From contig NC_091477.1 in the NCBI RefSeq assembly GCF_036971445.1, positions 123,008,001 through 123,072,000 of the forward strand: 64,000 nucleotides of DNA, given 5' to 3'. The notes below the pieces were generated by a model. It was not told the DNA's origin. It saw only the letters and a list, made by a program, of their open reading frames with translations, and made no database searches. A program made the translations under genes and the position numbers. Positions 23,305 through 35,571 of this stretch are shown piece after piece. The stretch's first letter is position 1. Each line of letters begins with the position of its first letter. This DNA is from Narcine bancroftii. Lineage: Eukaryota.

Positions 23305-24470
23305 TGCATTTAGAAGGTCGGATTGGAAGGCTGAGTACAGGGTTAATGGGAGGATTTTTATCAATGTGGAGGGACAGAGGGGCCTTGGGGTCCATCTCTT
23401 AAGTTTGCTATGCAGGTTGATAGGGTGATAAAGAAGGTTTATCTTTTACTGGCCTTCATTAGTCATGGGATAGAATTAGAGTCAAGAGGTACCATCCATA
23501 TATATCCAACTTCTCCTTAACTGCTAATATCGAGCCTGCCTCCGCCACTTTGTCTGGAAGCTCATTTCACACACCCACTACTCTCTGAGTAAAGAAGTTC
23601 CCCCCCCCCCCATGTTTCCTCTAAACTTTTTCCCCATACTCTCAGCTCATGTCCTCTCATTTGTATCTCCCCTTCCTTAAAGGAAAAAGCCTCTCCGCAT
23701 CCACTCTTATCGATACTCCTAATAATTTTAAATACCTTAATCAAATCCCCCCACAACCTTCTATGCTCCAAAGAATAAAGATCTAACATTTAACCTTTCC
23801 CTATAACTCAGACTCAGTAGCCCTGACAACATTCTAGTAAAATCATCTCTGAACTCTCTCCAATTTGTTGATATCTTTCCTATACTTTGGTGACCAAAGC
23901 TGTACACAGTACTCCAAGTTTGGCCTCACCAATACCCTGTACAATTTTAACATAACATCCCAGCTCCTGGACTCAATGCTCAGAAACCTGTACTTCATGC
24001 AGCAAATGTCAGTGATGGATCTTTATCTTTGCTACATGAAGGAGACTGTTTGACCTGCTGAGTTTCTCCAGCATTGTGTTTTTTTACTTGGAATATTTTG
24101 TTCAGTTCTGGTCGCCTCATTAAAGGAAGGATGTGGAAACTTTGAAGAGGGTGCAGAGGAGATTTACCAGGATGTTGCCTAGATTGGAGAACAGGTCTTG
24201 AGGCAAGGTTAAAAGAGATGGGGCTTTTCTCTTTGGAGTAAAGAAGGATGAGAGGTGACTTAGAGGTCTACAAGATTCTGCGAGGCATAGGTAAGGTAGA
24301 CAGCCAGCACCTTTTTCCCAGGGAGACCACAGGGATCTGTTTAAGGTGAGGGGAAGGAAGTTTAGGGGAGATGTCAGCAGTAATTTTACACACAGAATAG
24401 TGGATGCCTGGAAGGCATTGCCAGGGTAGTGGTGGAGCCTGCTACAATAGGGACATTTAAAAGACTCAGT
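23305..24470. mobile_element. CR1 3' fragment (plus) with nested minus-strand CR1 (about 23495-23975) and a Penelope-like piece
   Basis: Same family as 122-745 (GAGTACAGGGTTAATGG); nested reverse copy encodes LYSLEHRRLWGDLIKVFKI. Confidence 0.8.
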
Positions 24471-24534
24471 CACAAAAATGCGCCTCCCACTCTGTGTGGG
24501 AGATTTCTCATTCTGCCACCTCTCTCCCTTGCAG

Positions 24535-24699
24535 GCACCCTCCAGGCGACCCGTGCCCTCATGATCATCAGTATTCTTCTGGGAACCCTGGCCAGCCTGG
24601 TCTCCACTGTTGGGATGAAGTGCACTACCTGCTTTGGAGATGAGCCAGTGAAGAAGGCGAAGGTAGCAGGGGCTGGCGGAGTGCTCTTCATTGTCTCAG
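24535..24699 (+). CDS. CLDN1: Claudin-1 coding exon 2 (165 nt)
   Basis: (R)[54 protein letters not shown]; acceptor tcccttgcAG, donor GTacac. Confidence 0.96.
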
Positions 24700-25691
24700 G
24701 TACACAGCAGGGTCTAAATGTGTGTTCCGGGGGCATCAGCAACTCTGGAAATGGGGTGCCTGGTTGGTGAAACGTGTTGGTCTTCAGATTCACAGTGGAA
24801 TATTGGAGAAACCACCAGAGACCTGACAAGTCCGTTCACTTGGCAGCTGCGCTGTCCTGACAGTGGGATCCAAGGACGAGCAGAGAGGGCCATCTCCTGA
24901 CCAGGGAATCATGGTAAAACCATGCAGGATGTCTGGACTTTAGTGTGGATCTTGTGGAAAAGGGCAGAGCTGCCAAGTGTTTGAACAGAGAGGTCACCAG
25001 TGACATAGTCAACAGCAATAATCAATCTGCTGGTGGAACCTTCAGTAGGGAAGTTACAGGATGGGCAAACTCTCTCATGGATCTGACAGATTGCCAGGCA
25101 GGCACACAGGTGGGAGAAACGAACATCAGAGCTTGTTGAACTTCAACACTTTCTGTCAGAGCAGGTCCCTTCCCCAACATCCTGCCGCACAGTTCATCTG
25201 TCCCACCTGTAAAACTGTGAAGATATCCTCTGCTTATTGATGTGTTTTGGAATTTCACTGGCCTTTCCCAGAATTTCATCCTCAATAAATGCTATCAGTA
25301 ATGTTGATGAGACTTCACCTATGCTCTCTGTCACCACACACTCACTGCCTCAACATGGGCCCCACTCTTCCCCTCCATTCCTTGCTGTGATTGGCCAGGG
25401 TCAAGTCTGGGTAGGGGTCTGATTGGCCCGGCTCAGTTAGGTTGCTCCAATGGTTCTTGGATTGGCCAGATCTGCGTTAGGTCAGTGGGTCTCTGTTTGA
25501 ACGTGGTTTGAATAATTGGATCAGATTGACCGGATCTGGGTTGCTCCAGATGGAATCTCTGATTGGCCGGCCCTGGACCGGGATCTCTGATTGGCCGGAT
25601 GTAGGTTGGACTAAAGGGTAGTTGGAGTTTGCCAACCTTTCACCTCCTGTGAGATGGGGTCCTGAGCATGCACTCTCCTCGTTTCCCACAG

Positions 25692-25776
25692 GTCTCCTTA
25701 CGTTGATTGCAACGGCATGGTTTGGAAACAATATTGTGCGGGAATTCTATGACCCTTTTACTCCGGTCAACACTCG
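25692..25776 (+). CDS. CLDN1: Claudin-1 coding exon 3 (85 nt)
   Basis: (G)[27 protein letters not shown](R); acceptor ttcccacAG, donor GTAAGT; found by manual translation, not in the ORF track. Confidence 0.96.
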
Positions 25777-26319
25777 GTAAGTTCTGAATGGATCTTCAAT
25801 ATGGCCTGGCTCAGTGAACAATTCTCCATCTATGGCCTGCAGGTTATAGACCGTAGAACAGACCAGCACAGAACCAGTCCCTTTGGCTCATCTGATTCAT
25901 GCTGAGCTATTGTGTGTTGGAATCTTAATTGTCTCTTGGACATTAGCACAGGTCTGTAGGCTGCAGGTCTCAATGAAGATGCACATTCCTCCTCTCTCTG
26001 TTCTCCAGTCCAAGGCTTTTTGCTTCACAACCCTTTTGTCAAGAGGTATCTGGGAATGCACATGTGCCAATGGACACCCACATACAGCACAAAAACAGGC
26101 CCTTTAGCACACCTTGGCCTTGCTGACCATCCACACCAATCCCATTTGCCTCTAGATTCTCGACCAAGACACTCAGGCCCAAGACGTTGACTGCCTTTTA
26201 CTTCCCGTGGATACTGTGTGGCCTGTTGAGTTTCTCCAGTGCTTTGTGTCCTGCACTTGACCCCAGTGCATGCAGACTTCATGTTGATCTCCCTTCTACC
26301 CTGGCAACTGGAGCGCTTG

Positions 26320-27150
26320 TCTTGCTGGTTGTAGTGAGAGGTGCCAGGGTAGTGATTGAAGCAGATACAATGTTAGCATTGGAAAGGTGGGCACATGAAT
26401 GTGGAGGGGACGGTATACTACATTTCTCCCCTCTTCCAGATCACTTGTGTATATCGTGAATCTGAGGAACATCTTCCCTCTTAGGTGGTGGGTGTGTGTA
26501 ATGAGCTGCCAGAGGAGGTTGTGGAAGGAGACACTTGCAACATTTGGATGGGTCTGTGGATAGGAAAAGTGTAGAGGGATGTGGGCTCAATGGAGGAAAT
26601 GGGATCAGCTTAGGACAGCACCTTGGCTGGCATGAAGAACTGGGGCTGAGGGCCTCTGTGTGCATATTGACTCTGTGGCTTTGAGGAGGTGACTGCTGAG
26701 GCTGGGATGTTGAAGCAGAGACTCTGCTGGTGGAGCAGCATCTGCAGGGAAGAAAAATGGTCAAGATTTTGGGCCAGAGCCTTTTGTTAAGGCTTTTCCC
26801 ACTGCTGCTCGAGTTGCTGAGTTTCCCCCAGCAGAAGGTGTGTTGACTCAACACGTGGGGCATTTGCAGGAAGTTCTCACTCTGTTCTGGTGAGATGCCG
26901 TCACGATACATACCAGAGGACATGGGTTAAGGATGAAAAGGGGAACATGAGGGGGCGTGTGGATCAAGCTGGCAGCTGAAGTGGTGAATGTGGGCCCAAT
27001 TTTAACATTTAAGAAGAATTTGGATGGGTGCGTGGATGGGAGAGGGATGGAGGGCTATAAGCTGTGTGCAGGTCAGTGGGATGTGGCAGATTAATAGTTG
27101 GGCACAGACTAGAAGGACCTGTTTTTCTGTCCTGTAATGTTCTATGTCTC
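26320..27150 (+). mobile_element. Degraded CR1 3'-end fragments
   Basis: GAGCTGCCAGAGGAGGT and CCAGAGGACATGGGTTAAGG 3' motifs shared with other CR1 copies here. Confidence 0.65.
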
Positions 27151-27619
27151 AATGTGGCATGTGTTTTGACAGATAGTTGTGTTTTGTTTGAAAGCCTTGC
27201 AGCAATCTGATGCTGAGTCTGACTTATCAGTGGGTTTGGCACAGGCTTATTAGATGCAGGCAGTGCAAGATGCAACAGGCAGAGGAATGTTCTGGAATGG
27301 AGACATGTTGGTTCTAGCCCCGGATGTCTACTTTTCCTTGCACACACACCAGTGCCTGCCCTCGGAGGCCTATTCTCATGGCCAGCGAGGGTCTGAGTTG
27401 ATGCACACAGGGACTGGGGCGCCATCATGGATAATGTACTGGGTGTCAGGGGGGCGGAGGGAGAGCGCAGGCAGTGGTCAGGCTCAATGAACGGTGACCC
27501 CTTTCTGGCTGTATGTTGTGTTGAGACCCATCCTCCATATGAAAGCATTCTCTGGGTAGGTAAACCCCTCAGCTTCTGGCAGGTCAGAGACAGTTACTGA
27601 TGTGCTCTTTCCCTCGCAG

Positions 27620-27773
27620 GTTCGAGTTTGGCCAGGCCCTGTTCATTGGCTGGGCCGCAGCAGCCCTTTCCATGCTCGGCGGAGCCTTCCTCACCTGCTC
27701 CTGTGCCAAAGGAGGGTCCCAGGGCCGTTCCTACCCACGCTCCAATCCATCTGCTGCCAAGAACTACGTGTAG
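27620..27773 (+). CDS. CLDN1: Claudin-1 coding exon 4 (154 nt including TAG)
   Basis: [50 protein letters not shown]; C-terminal YV PDZ motif; total CDS 627 nt, 208 aa. Confidence 0.96.
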
Positions 27774-28935
27774 GCTTGGCCTGTGGGTCAGACATGCCTG
27801 CTGGCACCTCTTCCACTGAGGGAAGCCAGGGGTTGCCTTGATGACGGTTCCTGCATGACTGGCAGGGAGTGAAGGGGTTTTATTGGTGGGTATTGTCGTG
27901 AGATTGGATAGGGATGTGTGCACACCCAGCAGTGGTCCTTGCATTTCCACCGTCAGGTGTGACCAAATCACCCATCTCCAATTTCACTGTCAGTACCTTC
28001 TCTACACACTTATTGTCAGTTGCATATCAAATAATCGTGAATAGTTGTGCATTTCATTAGTTAGAGTGTGATGTTAAGCTTTTCCTGCAACTTCTAACAT
28101 TTGGGAGGAGAGTTCTTATGGTGTGCATCCAGTCGGATGGTGGGGAACTTCCTATTCCAGTCTCCCACCCAGTATAGTGTGATGCAAGCTTCCACCTGTT
28201 TCCACCCCCCCCCCCCCCCCCGCAAAAACACTGGAGAACAAGCAAATGTACACATTTTAGCTTTTGTTGCCCTGTCTGTGAACCTCAGGAAATGGCTGGT
28301 GTAAGAACACAGCAAAGGCCTTGTTCTGCAGTGAGGGATCCTTCAGAGGATCCCTGGACACTGGCTCCTTCTGTGTCAGAAGATCCCACTGGCCATCCTG
28401 GGGCAGCCGCTCGAGGATTGGGCTGTGGGCTCGTCCTCCCGATGTACTGTGGCCGGGACGTGGCTCTAACAAATCCCAGTGCGATGAAAGTCAAGGTCAG
28501 TGCAGTTACTGCATCTTAACTGCTCCTGGGCTTGCTCCTGCGTTCCAGTGGTTTGATTCTGCAAATGACCGGCCCAACATTGCCACAGAGCCACTGCAGT
28601 GTTGCATTCCTTCATCTGGAATAGAGACAACTGTTTCAGCATTGCTCAATGCATTGCTACGCCTCATTTAACGTGGCACTATTCAACCTCTGGCTCACGT
28701 TACACTCACAACCTTCTTCCCGTTACATCTCAGAAAATGTTTTGAGCCTTCCCATTTTCTACATGCTGCAACATACTATGTGGGCTGTGATTTCAGGGCA
28801 TACTGCAGTGGTCTGTTGGTACAGAAGGTGTATGTGAGCCTGCCTCCCCCAGGCACCAGGGCACCTTATCCATCCTGCTCATGCTCCAGGCCATTCCTTC
28901 AGCTTTTGGTTCTTTGCTTGTTCGCTTAATTTTTC

Positions 28936-28941
28936 AATAAA
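28936..28941 (+). terminator. Candidate CLDN1 polyadenylation signal AATAAA
   Basis: First AATAAA noticed after the stop, preceded by T-rich sequence; implies a 3' UTR of about 1.2 kb. Confidence 0.5.
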
Positions 28942-31299
28942 TGGAGATGTTTTAAATGAGAGCTGGTGTCTATTTGGAAGTTTTCAGATTTGACCCTTTG
29001 ATGGTTGCAGTATGTGCTTTATCCAACGACATTGTTCTGGTGGTGTGGAAATGTTGGGGGTGGGGAGGCCACAAACTCCGTCTGTGGGCTCTATTGCTAC
29101 TGGAATCCTGCAAGACAAAATCCTTCAACTGGATGGCTTTAACGTGGCCAAATTCCTCCAGCATTTCTGCTTTTTTCATGGAATCCTGCAGTCCAGTTCT
29201 GGGCCGAGACGCGTTGCCGGTTGGTACCCATTCCGACCTCTGTCAACATCCTGCGGTGTTCACTGCGAGCACCTCCCTCCCAACTCTCTTCTTGCCTCTC
29301 ACCCCTCCTCAACACACTCCTCTCTTTCCTTTCCTCCATCTCCTCCTACCCCTACTTAGTTCTCTTCACTCTCCCTCCCACCATTCATCCCTGTGCACTC
29401 CCCTTCCCCTCTCCTCATTCCAATGCACTCCACTCTTTCCACCCCACCCCCCCCCCCCCCCGCCTCCACCTTTTAATTCTCTGCCTTCTAGATGTTCTTG
29501 GAGTAGTTCTCTGTGCTTTGGCAGTGTTTGGTGAATGTTTTTGGAAGGAAGTATTTTTGTTGTGGAGTTTAAATCTCGTCATCATGTTGTGCGCCAGCTA
29601 CTCCCAGTGAGAGTTCCAAGCCTGTGTTATTGATCCCTCAATGGTGATCCATCTGAATGATTTATACGATCTTTATTTTAATATTGTCCTTGATTTTTTT
29701 TCCTCAGTAATGTGATCACTATTGCCCCAATGTTCCCCTACTTTCTCCGTTGATTGATGGTTTCCTTAATTTGAGCTAGTTCTACATTTCCATGTGTTTT
29801 ACCTGTGGGAATGGAATGATTCCTGTTTATCTGCTCCATGCTTAGTTCCTTCTGCTGGTGGGTTGAACCACGTGATTTTGTTGCTTGAAGCTTATTATTC
29901 CTTCACCTCCGATCCCTGCTGGCTGTCAGCTTTACCTTATTCATGCACATCTTTTCACACAGATTCTCTTTTATCCATAGCAGTGACACTGATCCCAAAC
30001 CACTTGTCTCTAATTCAGCCTGTTGCAACTTGCTGGCCAAGGCCTCGTGCCTGAAGTTGCAGATGGGGGAGGGACAGTGTGACTACTGCTCTTCCCACCT
30101 CTCCTGGGCTCTTGGCTGGGGAGCTCAGGCTAAGGGCCAGTTTTGAGTGAGTAGGGATGATGGGGGCTGATTATCAAAGCCTGTCCCTGTTTGTGGTGGG
30201 TTTAGAATGAGGGAGATGTTGGGGGTTTGGGCTTGGATTGGGATAAGGGTGAGGGGTCACTTGGAACACTGGGACAGAGGATCATGGTGGAAGCTCGAGA
30301 TGGGTCAGGCAGAGGTTTGCAGTGGGGTGTCAGGGGGGGATTAGTTCCAGAGTGCTGCCATTTACTGAAGGCTGGCCATTCTCTGGAGATTGGGCTGTGG
30401 GTTCCTCGCCCCTTCCCCTGCCAGAGAGCTCATAGTCCACTGAGGGGGCACATAGACAGGATTTGAACAGGGATTCCTGGAATGAACTCCACCCAGTGGA
30501 AATGTTTGTGGGGAATGTTCATCAGCTGTCTCCCACACCCATGAACCCACCACATTGCTTTGACTCAGGTCAACTTTTAACAAGCACCACTCGAGTGCAA
30601 TAAAGATAGGCTGTGACTCATCGCCCCAGCTTCAGAACAAGCAGCAGGTAAGCGTGTCCGGGCAAGACACTGAAGCTTGGCTCATCTCCTGGAGGCTGGG
30701 TCCATTTGGAGTTTGACCATTCCCAGCCTCCCCTTCAGATTTCTAACCTCTGATGGCTTCAATGTCCTCCAGTTCCCCCCCCCCTCCCCCCCCACACACA
30801 TGTGGTTGCTATAATTTTCCCCCAGGTGTGGGTGAGCGGCAGAGTCTGGGGAAAAATTCACTCATTCCATGAGAGTTATTAGCCTGCTCTCTAGGTGGGG
30901 GAAAGAGAAGAATAAAAAGGGAGTTGGGAAGGTGGGAAAGGGATGGAGGGGGGAAAGGGATGGAGGGGGGAAAGGGATGGAGGGGGGAAAGGGATGGAGG
31001 GGGGAAAGGGATGGAGGGGGGAAAGGGATGGAGGGGGGAAAGGGATGGAGGGGGGAAAGGGATGGAGGGGGAAAGGGATGGAGGGGGGAAAGGGATGGAG
31101 GGGGGAAAGGGATGGAGGGGGGAAAGGGATGGAGGGGGGAAAGGGATGGGGAGGGGAGGGGGAAAGGGATGAAGGGATAGAGTGGATGAGGAAGGGAGGA
31201 GGGGAGGAGGAAGGGATGGGGAGGAGGGGAAGGGAGGAGGGAAGGGAGGGGGGGAAGGGAGGGGGGAAGGGAGGGGGGAAGGAGGGGGGGAAGGGAGGG

Positions 31300-31465
31300 N
31301 NNNNNNNNNNNNNNNNNNNNNNNNNNNNNNNNNNNNNNNNNNNNNNNNNNNNNNNNNNNNNNNNNNNNNNNNNNNNNNNNNNNNNNNNNNNNNNNNNNNN
31401 NNNNNNNNNNNNNNNNNNNNNNNNNNNNNNNNNNNNNNNNNNNNNNNNNNNNNNNNNNNNNNNNN
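31300..31465. other. Assembly gap (166 N)
   Basis: N run. Confidence 0.99.
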
Positions 31466-32430
31466 GGAAGGGAGGGGGGGAAGGGAGGGGGGGGAAGGGA
31501 GGGGGGGAAGGGAGGGGGGGAAGGGAGGGGGGGAAGGGAGGGGGGGAAGGGAGGGGGGGAAGGGAGGGGGGGAAGGGAGGGGGGAAGGGAGGGGGGGAAG
31601 GGAGGGGGGGAAGGGAGGGGGGAAGGGAGGGGGGGAAGGGAGGGGGGGAAGGGAGGGGGGGAAGGGAGGGGGGGGAAGGGAGGGGGGAAGGAGGGGGGGA
31701 AGGGGAGGGGGGGAAGGGAGGGGGGGAAGGGAGGGGGGGAAGGGAGGGGGGAAGGAGGGGGGGAAGGGAGGGGGGGAAGGGAGGGGGGAAGGGAGGGGGG
31801 GAAGGGAGGGGGGGAAGGGAGGGGGGGAAGGGAGGGGGGGGGAAGGGAGGGGGGGAAGGAGGGGGGAAGGGAGGGGGGGAAGGGAGGGGGGAAGGGAGGG
31901 GGGGAAGGGAGGGGGGGAAGGGAGGGGGGAAGGGAGGGGGGGAAGGGAGGGGGGGGAGGGAGGGGGGGAAGGAGGGGGGAAGGGAGGGGGAAGGGATGAA
32001 GGAGGGAGTGGATGAGGAAGGGAAGGGAGGAGGGGAAGAGAGGGGGGAAGGGAGGAGGGAGGGGATGAGGAAGGAAAGGGATGGAGGGGGGAAAGGGATG
32101 AGGGGGAAGAGGATGGGAAGGGAAGGAGGAGGTGAGGGGATGAGGAGGGAAAGGGATGGGAGGGGGAAAGGGATGAAGGGAGGGAGTGGATGAGGAAGGG
32201 GAAGGGAGAAGGGGAAGGGAGGAGGGGAAGGGAGGGGGGAAGGGAGGGGGGGAAGGGAGGGGGAAAGGGAGGGGGGAAGGGAGGGGGGGAAGGGAGGGGG
32301 GGAAGGGAGGGGGGAAGGGAGTGGATGAGGAGAAAGGGGGATGGGGAAGGGGGGAAGAGGATGGGAAGGGGAAGGAGGAGGTGAGGGATTTTGAGGGAAA
32401 GGGATGGGGAGGGGAGGGGGAAAGGGATGA

Positions 32431-32727
32431 NNNNNNNNNNNNNNNNNNNNNNNNNNNNNNNNNNNNNNNNNNNNNNNNNNNNNNNNNNNNNNNNNNNNNN
32501 NNNNNNNNNNNNNNNNNNNNNNNNNNNNNNNNNNNNNNNNNNNNNNNNNNNNNNNNNNNNNNNNNNNNNNNNNNNNNNNNNNNNNNNNNNNNNNNNNNNN
32601 NNNNNNNNNNNNNNNNNNNNNNNNNNNNNNNNNNNNNNNNNNNNNNNNNNNNNNNNNNNNNNNNNNNNNNNNNNNNNNNNNNNNNNNNNNNNNNNNNNNN
32701 NNNNNNNNNNNNNNNNNNNNNNNNNNN
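32431..32727. other. Assembly gap (297 N)
   Basis: N run. Confidence 0.99.
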
Positions 32728-32767
32728 GCAAGGATGAGGGGAAGAGGAAGGAGGAGGTGAGGGGATA

Positions 32768-32967
32768 NNNNNNNNNNNNNNNNNNNNNNNNNNNNNNNNN
32801 NNNNNNNNNNNNNNNNNNNNNNNNNNNNNNNNNNNNNNNNNNNNNNNNNNNNNNNNNNNNNNNNNNNNNNNNNNNNNNNNNNNNNNNNNNNNNNNNNNNN
32901 NNNNNNNNNNNNNNNNNNNNNNNNNNNNNNNNNNNNNNNNNNNNNNNNNNNNNNNNNNNNNNNNNNN
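32768..32967. other. Assembly gap (exactly 200 N, likely an unsized scaffold join)
   Basis: Round-number N run; sequence character changes across it. Confidence 0.95.
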
Positions 32968-33262
32968 TGAGTAAGTGCAGACTAAAGATAATGCCACACG
33001 TGAACAGTTCTGACGGATTTAACCAGACCCTGGGGTCTGTCTGTGGAGAGTTAGAACTGGCATTGGGAACTTCTTGGGGAACAAAGTAGAGCATGGCTGG
33101 TGAGAGGTGTGGCAGGAACAATCGGCATGGAAGGGAGAATTGAATTGTTCATTATCACGTGCACCAAGATACAGTGCAAAGCTTTGTTTTGTGTGCTATC
33201 CGGGCAAGGAGGCTGAAGAGGGTTCCTGGTGTGGAGCAGAAGGCTTCGATATCGAAGAGACC

Positions 33263-34540
33263 CAGAAGACCAGGCAAGAGGAAAAGCGAGCGATGAGTGA
33301 TTTTTAGGTGAAGTTTATTTGGGATGAGCTCGATCTTTGTGTGCTACCCTTTGTAGACATCATCGATGGCCTTGCAGACATCAGACTTGTGAGGAGGCAG
33401 ACAGGAGGTGCAGGTTCAGCCGGAAAAGGCCCTCCCTTCTACTCGTGCCTCAGGAGGAAGCTGGTGTATCGCAGGCAGTGCTGAGAGTATGGGAAGGGTT
33501 GGGGAAAAGCGACCAGATTTAAGGGAAGGTTGCTGAGTGTTTGGAGAAGGAAGGGACTGATGGGAGGAGTTTGAGGGAGCAACGATGGTGAGATTGCTTG
33601 GACTGATGCCTCCTGTGCAGAAGAGTTACAGGGGCAGGTGATTATCAGAGTTGGAATCATGTCCTGACCATGGAGGCATGGAGCCTAACATTTGGTGGGG
33701 ACGTTGGGTCCTCACAGACCCTGGCAAGGGGGGGGGGGGTTGTCCACAGGGTTATGAACCTGAAAACTCCATTCCTTGGAGTAGGGCTGGATTGTCTTCA
33801 TTTAACGGGTGGGGGGGATGTTGGACCCCCTATGTGGAGGGTCTCTCTGAGGTGGTTTGGACCCTGGCCAGGCCAGGAGCCTGGCTGGGTTCTCCTTGCC
33901 GTGCAGTCCTCAGCAACCTTGAGTGTATGGTGAAGAGAGCAGGAGTGGACATCAGGAGATGTGAGGTGGACACTGCAGGTACCAAGCCCAGCTTCGTGAC
34001 CAGGCCTTGTGTCGGGCCCCGGTCCTCATCCCTTCTGGTAGCAGAATAAACCATGGATTGAGTTGTGAGCTCTGACCAGCTGCACATCGCTCTCAACATG
34101 TTCAGGGTCCTGAACAAATGTTGGTCCCTGGTGCTGGGCTTGACCTCCTTGTGCCTTGAGTGCTGGACTCCGTAAATATTCATCCTCCTAATCCAACCAG
34201 AAGGACATTTCTCCCATGAGTAGGACCTCTTTGACCTCTCTCCATATGAATGTTGAGGAAATTTGTAAACCAGTGTGGGACAAGCTCCCTGAGTTGATCA
34301 CTCTTATCCTCTCTGGTGCTTGGAGCTAGGACACACTTGTACTTGGCATGCTGAGACACGAGTAGAAGGGAGGGCCTTTTCCAGCCTGAACCTGCACCTC
34401 CTGTCTGCCTCCTCACAAGTCTGATGTCTGCAAGGCCATCGATGATGTCTACAAAGGGTAGCACACCAAGCTCGAGCTCCTCGTCACAAATAAACTTCAC
34501 CTAAAAATCACTCATCACTTTTCCTCTTGCCTGTCTTCTG
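33263..34540. repeat. Inverted repeat: arms 33263-33453 and 34351-34540, spacer about 900 bp
   Basis: TGCTACCCTTTGTAGACATCATCGATGGCCTTGCAGACATCAGACTTGTGAGGAGGCAGACAGGAGGTGCAGGTTCAG occurs on plus in the left arm and on minus in the right arm. Confidence 0.93.
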
Positions 34541-35571
34541 AGGGTTCACAACTTCAAACAAAAAGGCTCCCTCTTACTGGTGTTTGCCAAACTCGAGCAT
34601 CGAATGGAACCTGAGTAGTGGGGGATCAGAGGATCCTATTTGTCCATTCCTTCCAGATTTGCATTAATTTAGATCTAGGTTTTGGCGTTCCCTTCTCCTC
34701 GAGAGGGCTCCTGCATTCCTCCATTCTTCTGGCACATGTTTGGGCTTCTGTCATCGATGCAACGTTCACTACTGGTGGCAAGGCATTTTTGTTGGTGTTC
34801 ATTTTGAGGTCACATCTTCTCTGACTAACCTCCCAATAAAAAGAACCTGCATTTGGCATTTGAGCATCGAGTATGAATCTCTCGTCAGGCAGAAGTTTGA
34901 AAACTATTTTCTCCTCTTGCTGATATCGGCAACCTGCCCCCTGGTGATTTCTATCAATCCGAGGGAGTTTGTGGAGGCCAGGTTTATTCAGCTCAAGTCA
35001 CCGCCTGCCTCCCCCTCCTCATCAAATGTAGCGACTCACAAATGTGGCTTCTGTAAACGTTTACCTTCTGTAAACATCTTTTCTGGAGTCTTAATCTAAA
35101 TGTTTTTAAAGGGTCCAGGAAGGAGCGAATTTGTGCTTATACTTTGTAACAGGGTGTTGGGAGGGGGTGGTTTGTGGTCCTTGTACAAGTGAAAGCAGTT
35201 TTCGATGCAGAGCTTCTGAAACAGAGAGAACTAATGGGAAAATGGGCTGAGCGAGGGCAGAGGTCACACGTTGGGAGGTTAAAGCAGGGCAGGACTTGCA
35301 TGGTGAACGGTAGGGCCCTGGGGACTGTTGCAGAACACAGAGACTTGAGGGAGTTGTACGAGCTGGAGAACACTGACAGCATGAATGGTCTTTTCTGTCT
35401 CCATGACTTGATCCACAGGGGAGGCTTCTTCCCCCTGTTCTGAAACTGTAATGTCACCTCTCACCTTGACCCCACACCATCTCACTCCCTCTACCCAAAA
35501 TCTGCCCACCACACAATGTTCATATCCTGTAATGAAGCCTCCACCACCCCAGAGGCAAAGAGAAGGATAGA

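Larger units (their letters stand above)
30935..32767 (+). repeat. Polypurine G/A-rich satellite (GGATGGAGGGGGGAAAG and GGGAGGGGGGAA units)
   Basis: Almost pure purine on the plus strand with long G runs; interrupted by N gaps. Confidence 0.95.

Noticed and set aside
30809-33121. Long Pro- or Gly-rich ORFs
   Set aside because: Low-complexity purine tract read through N gaps.
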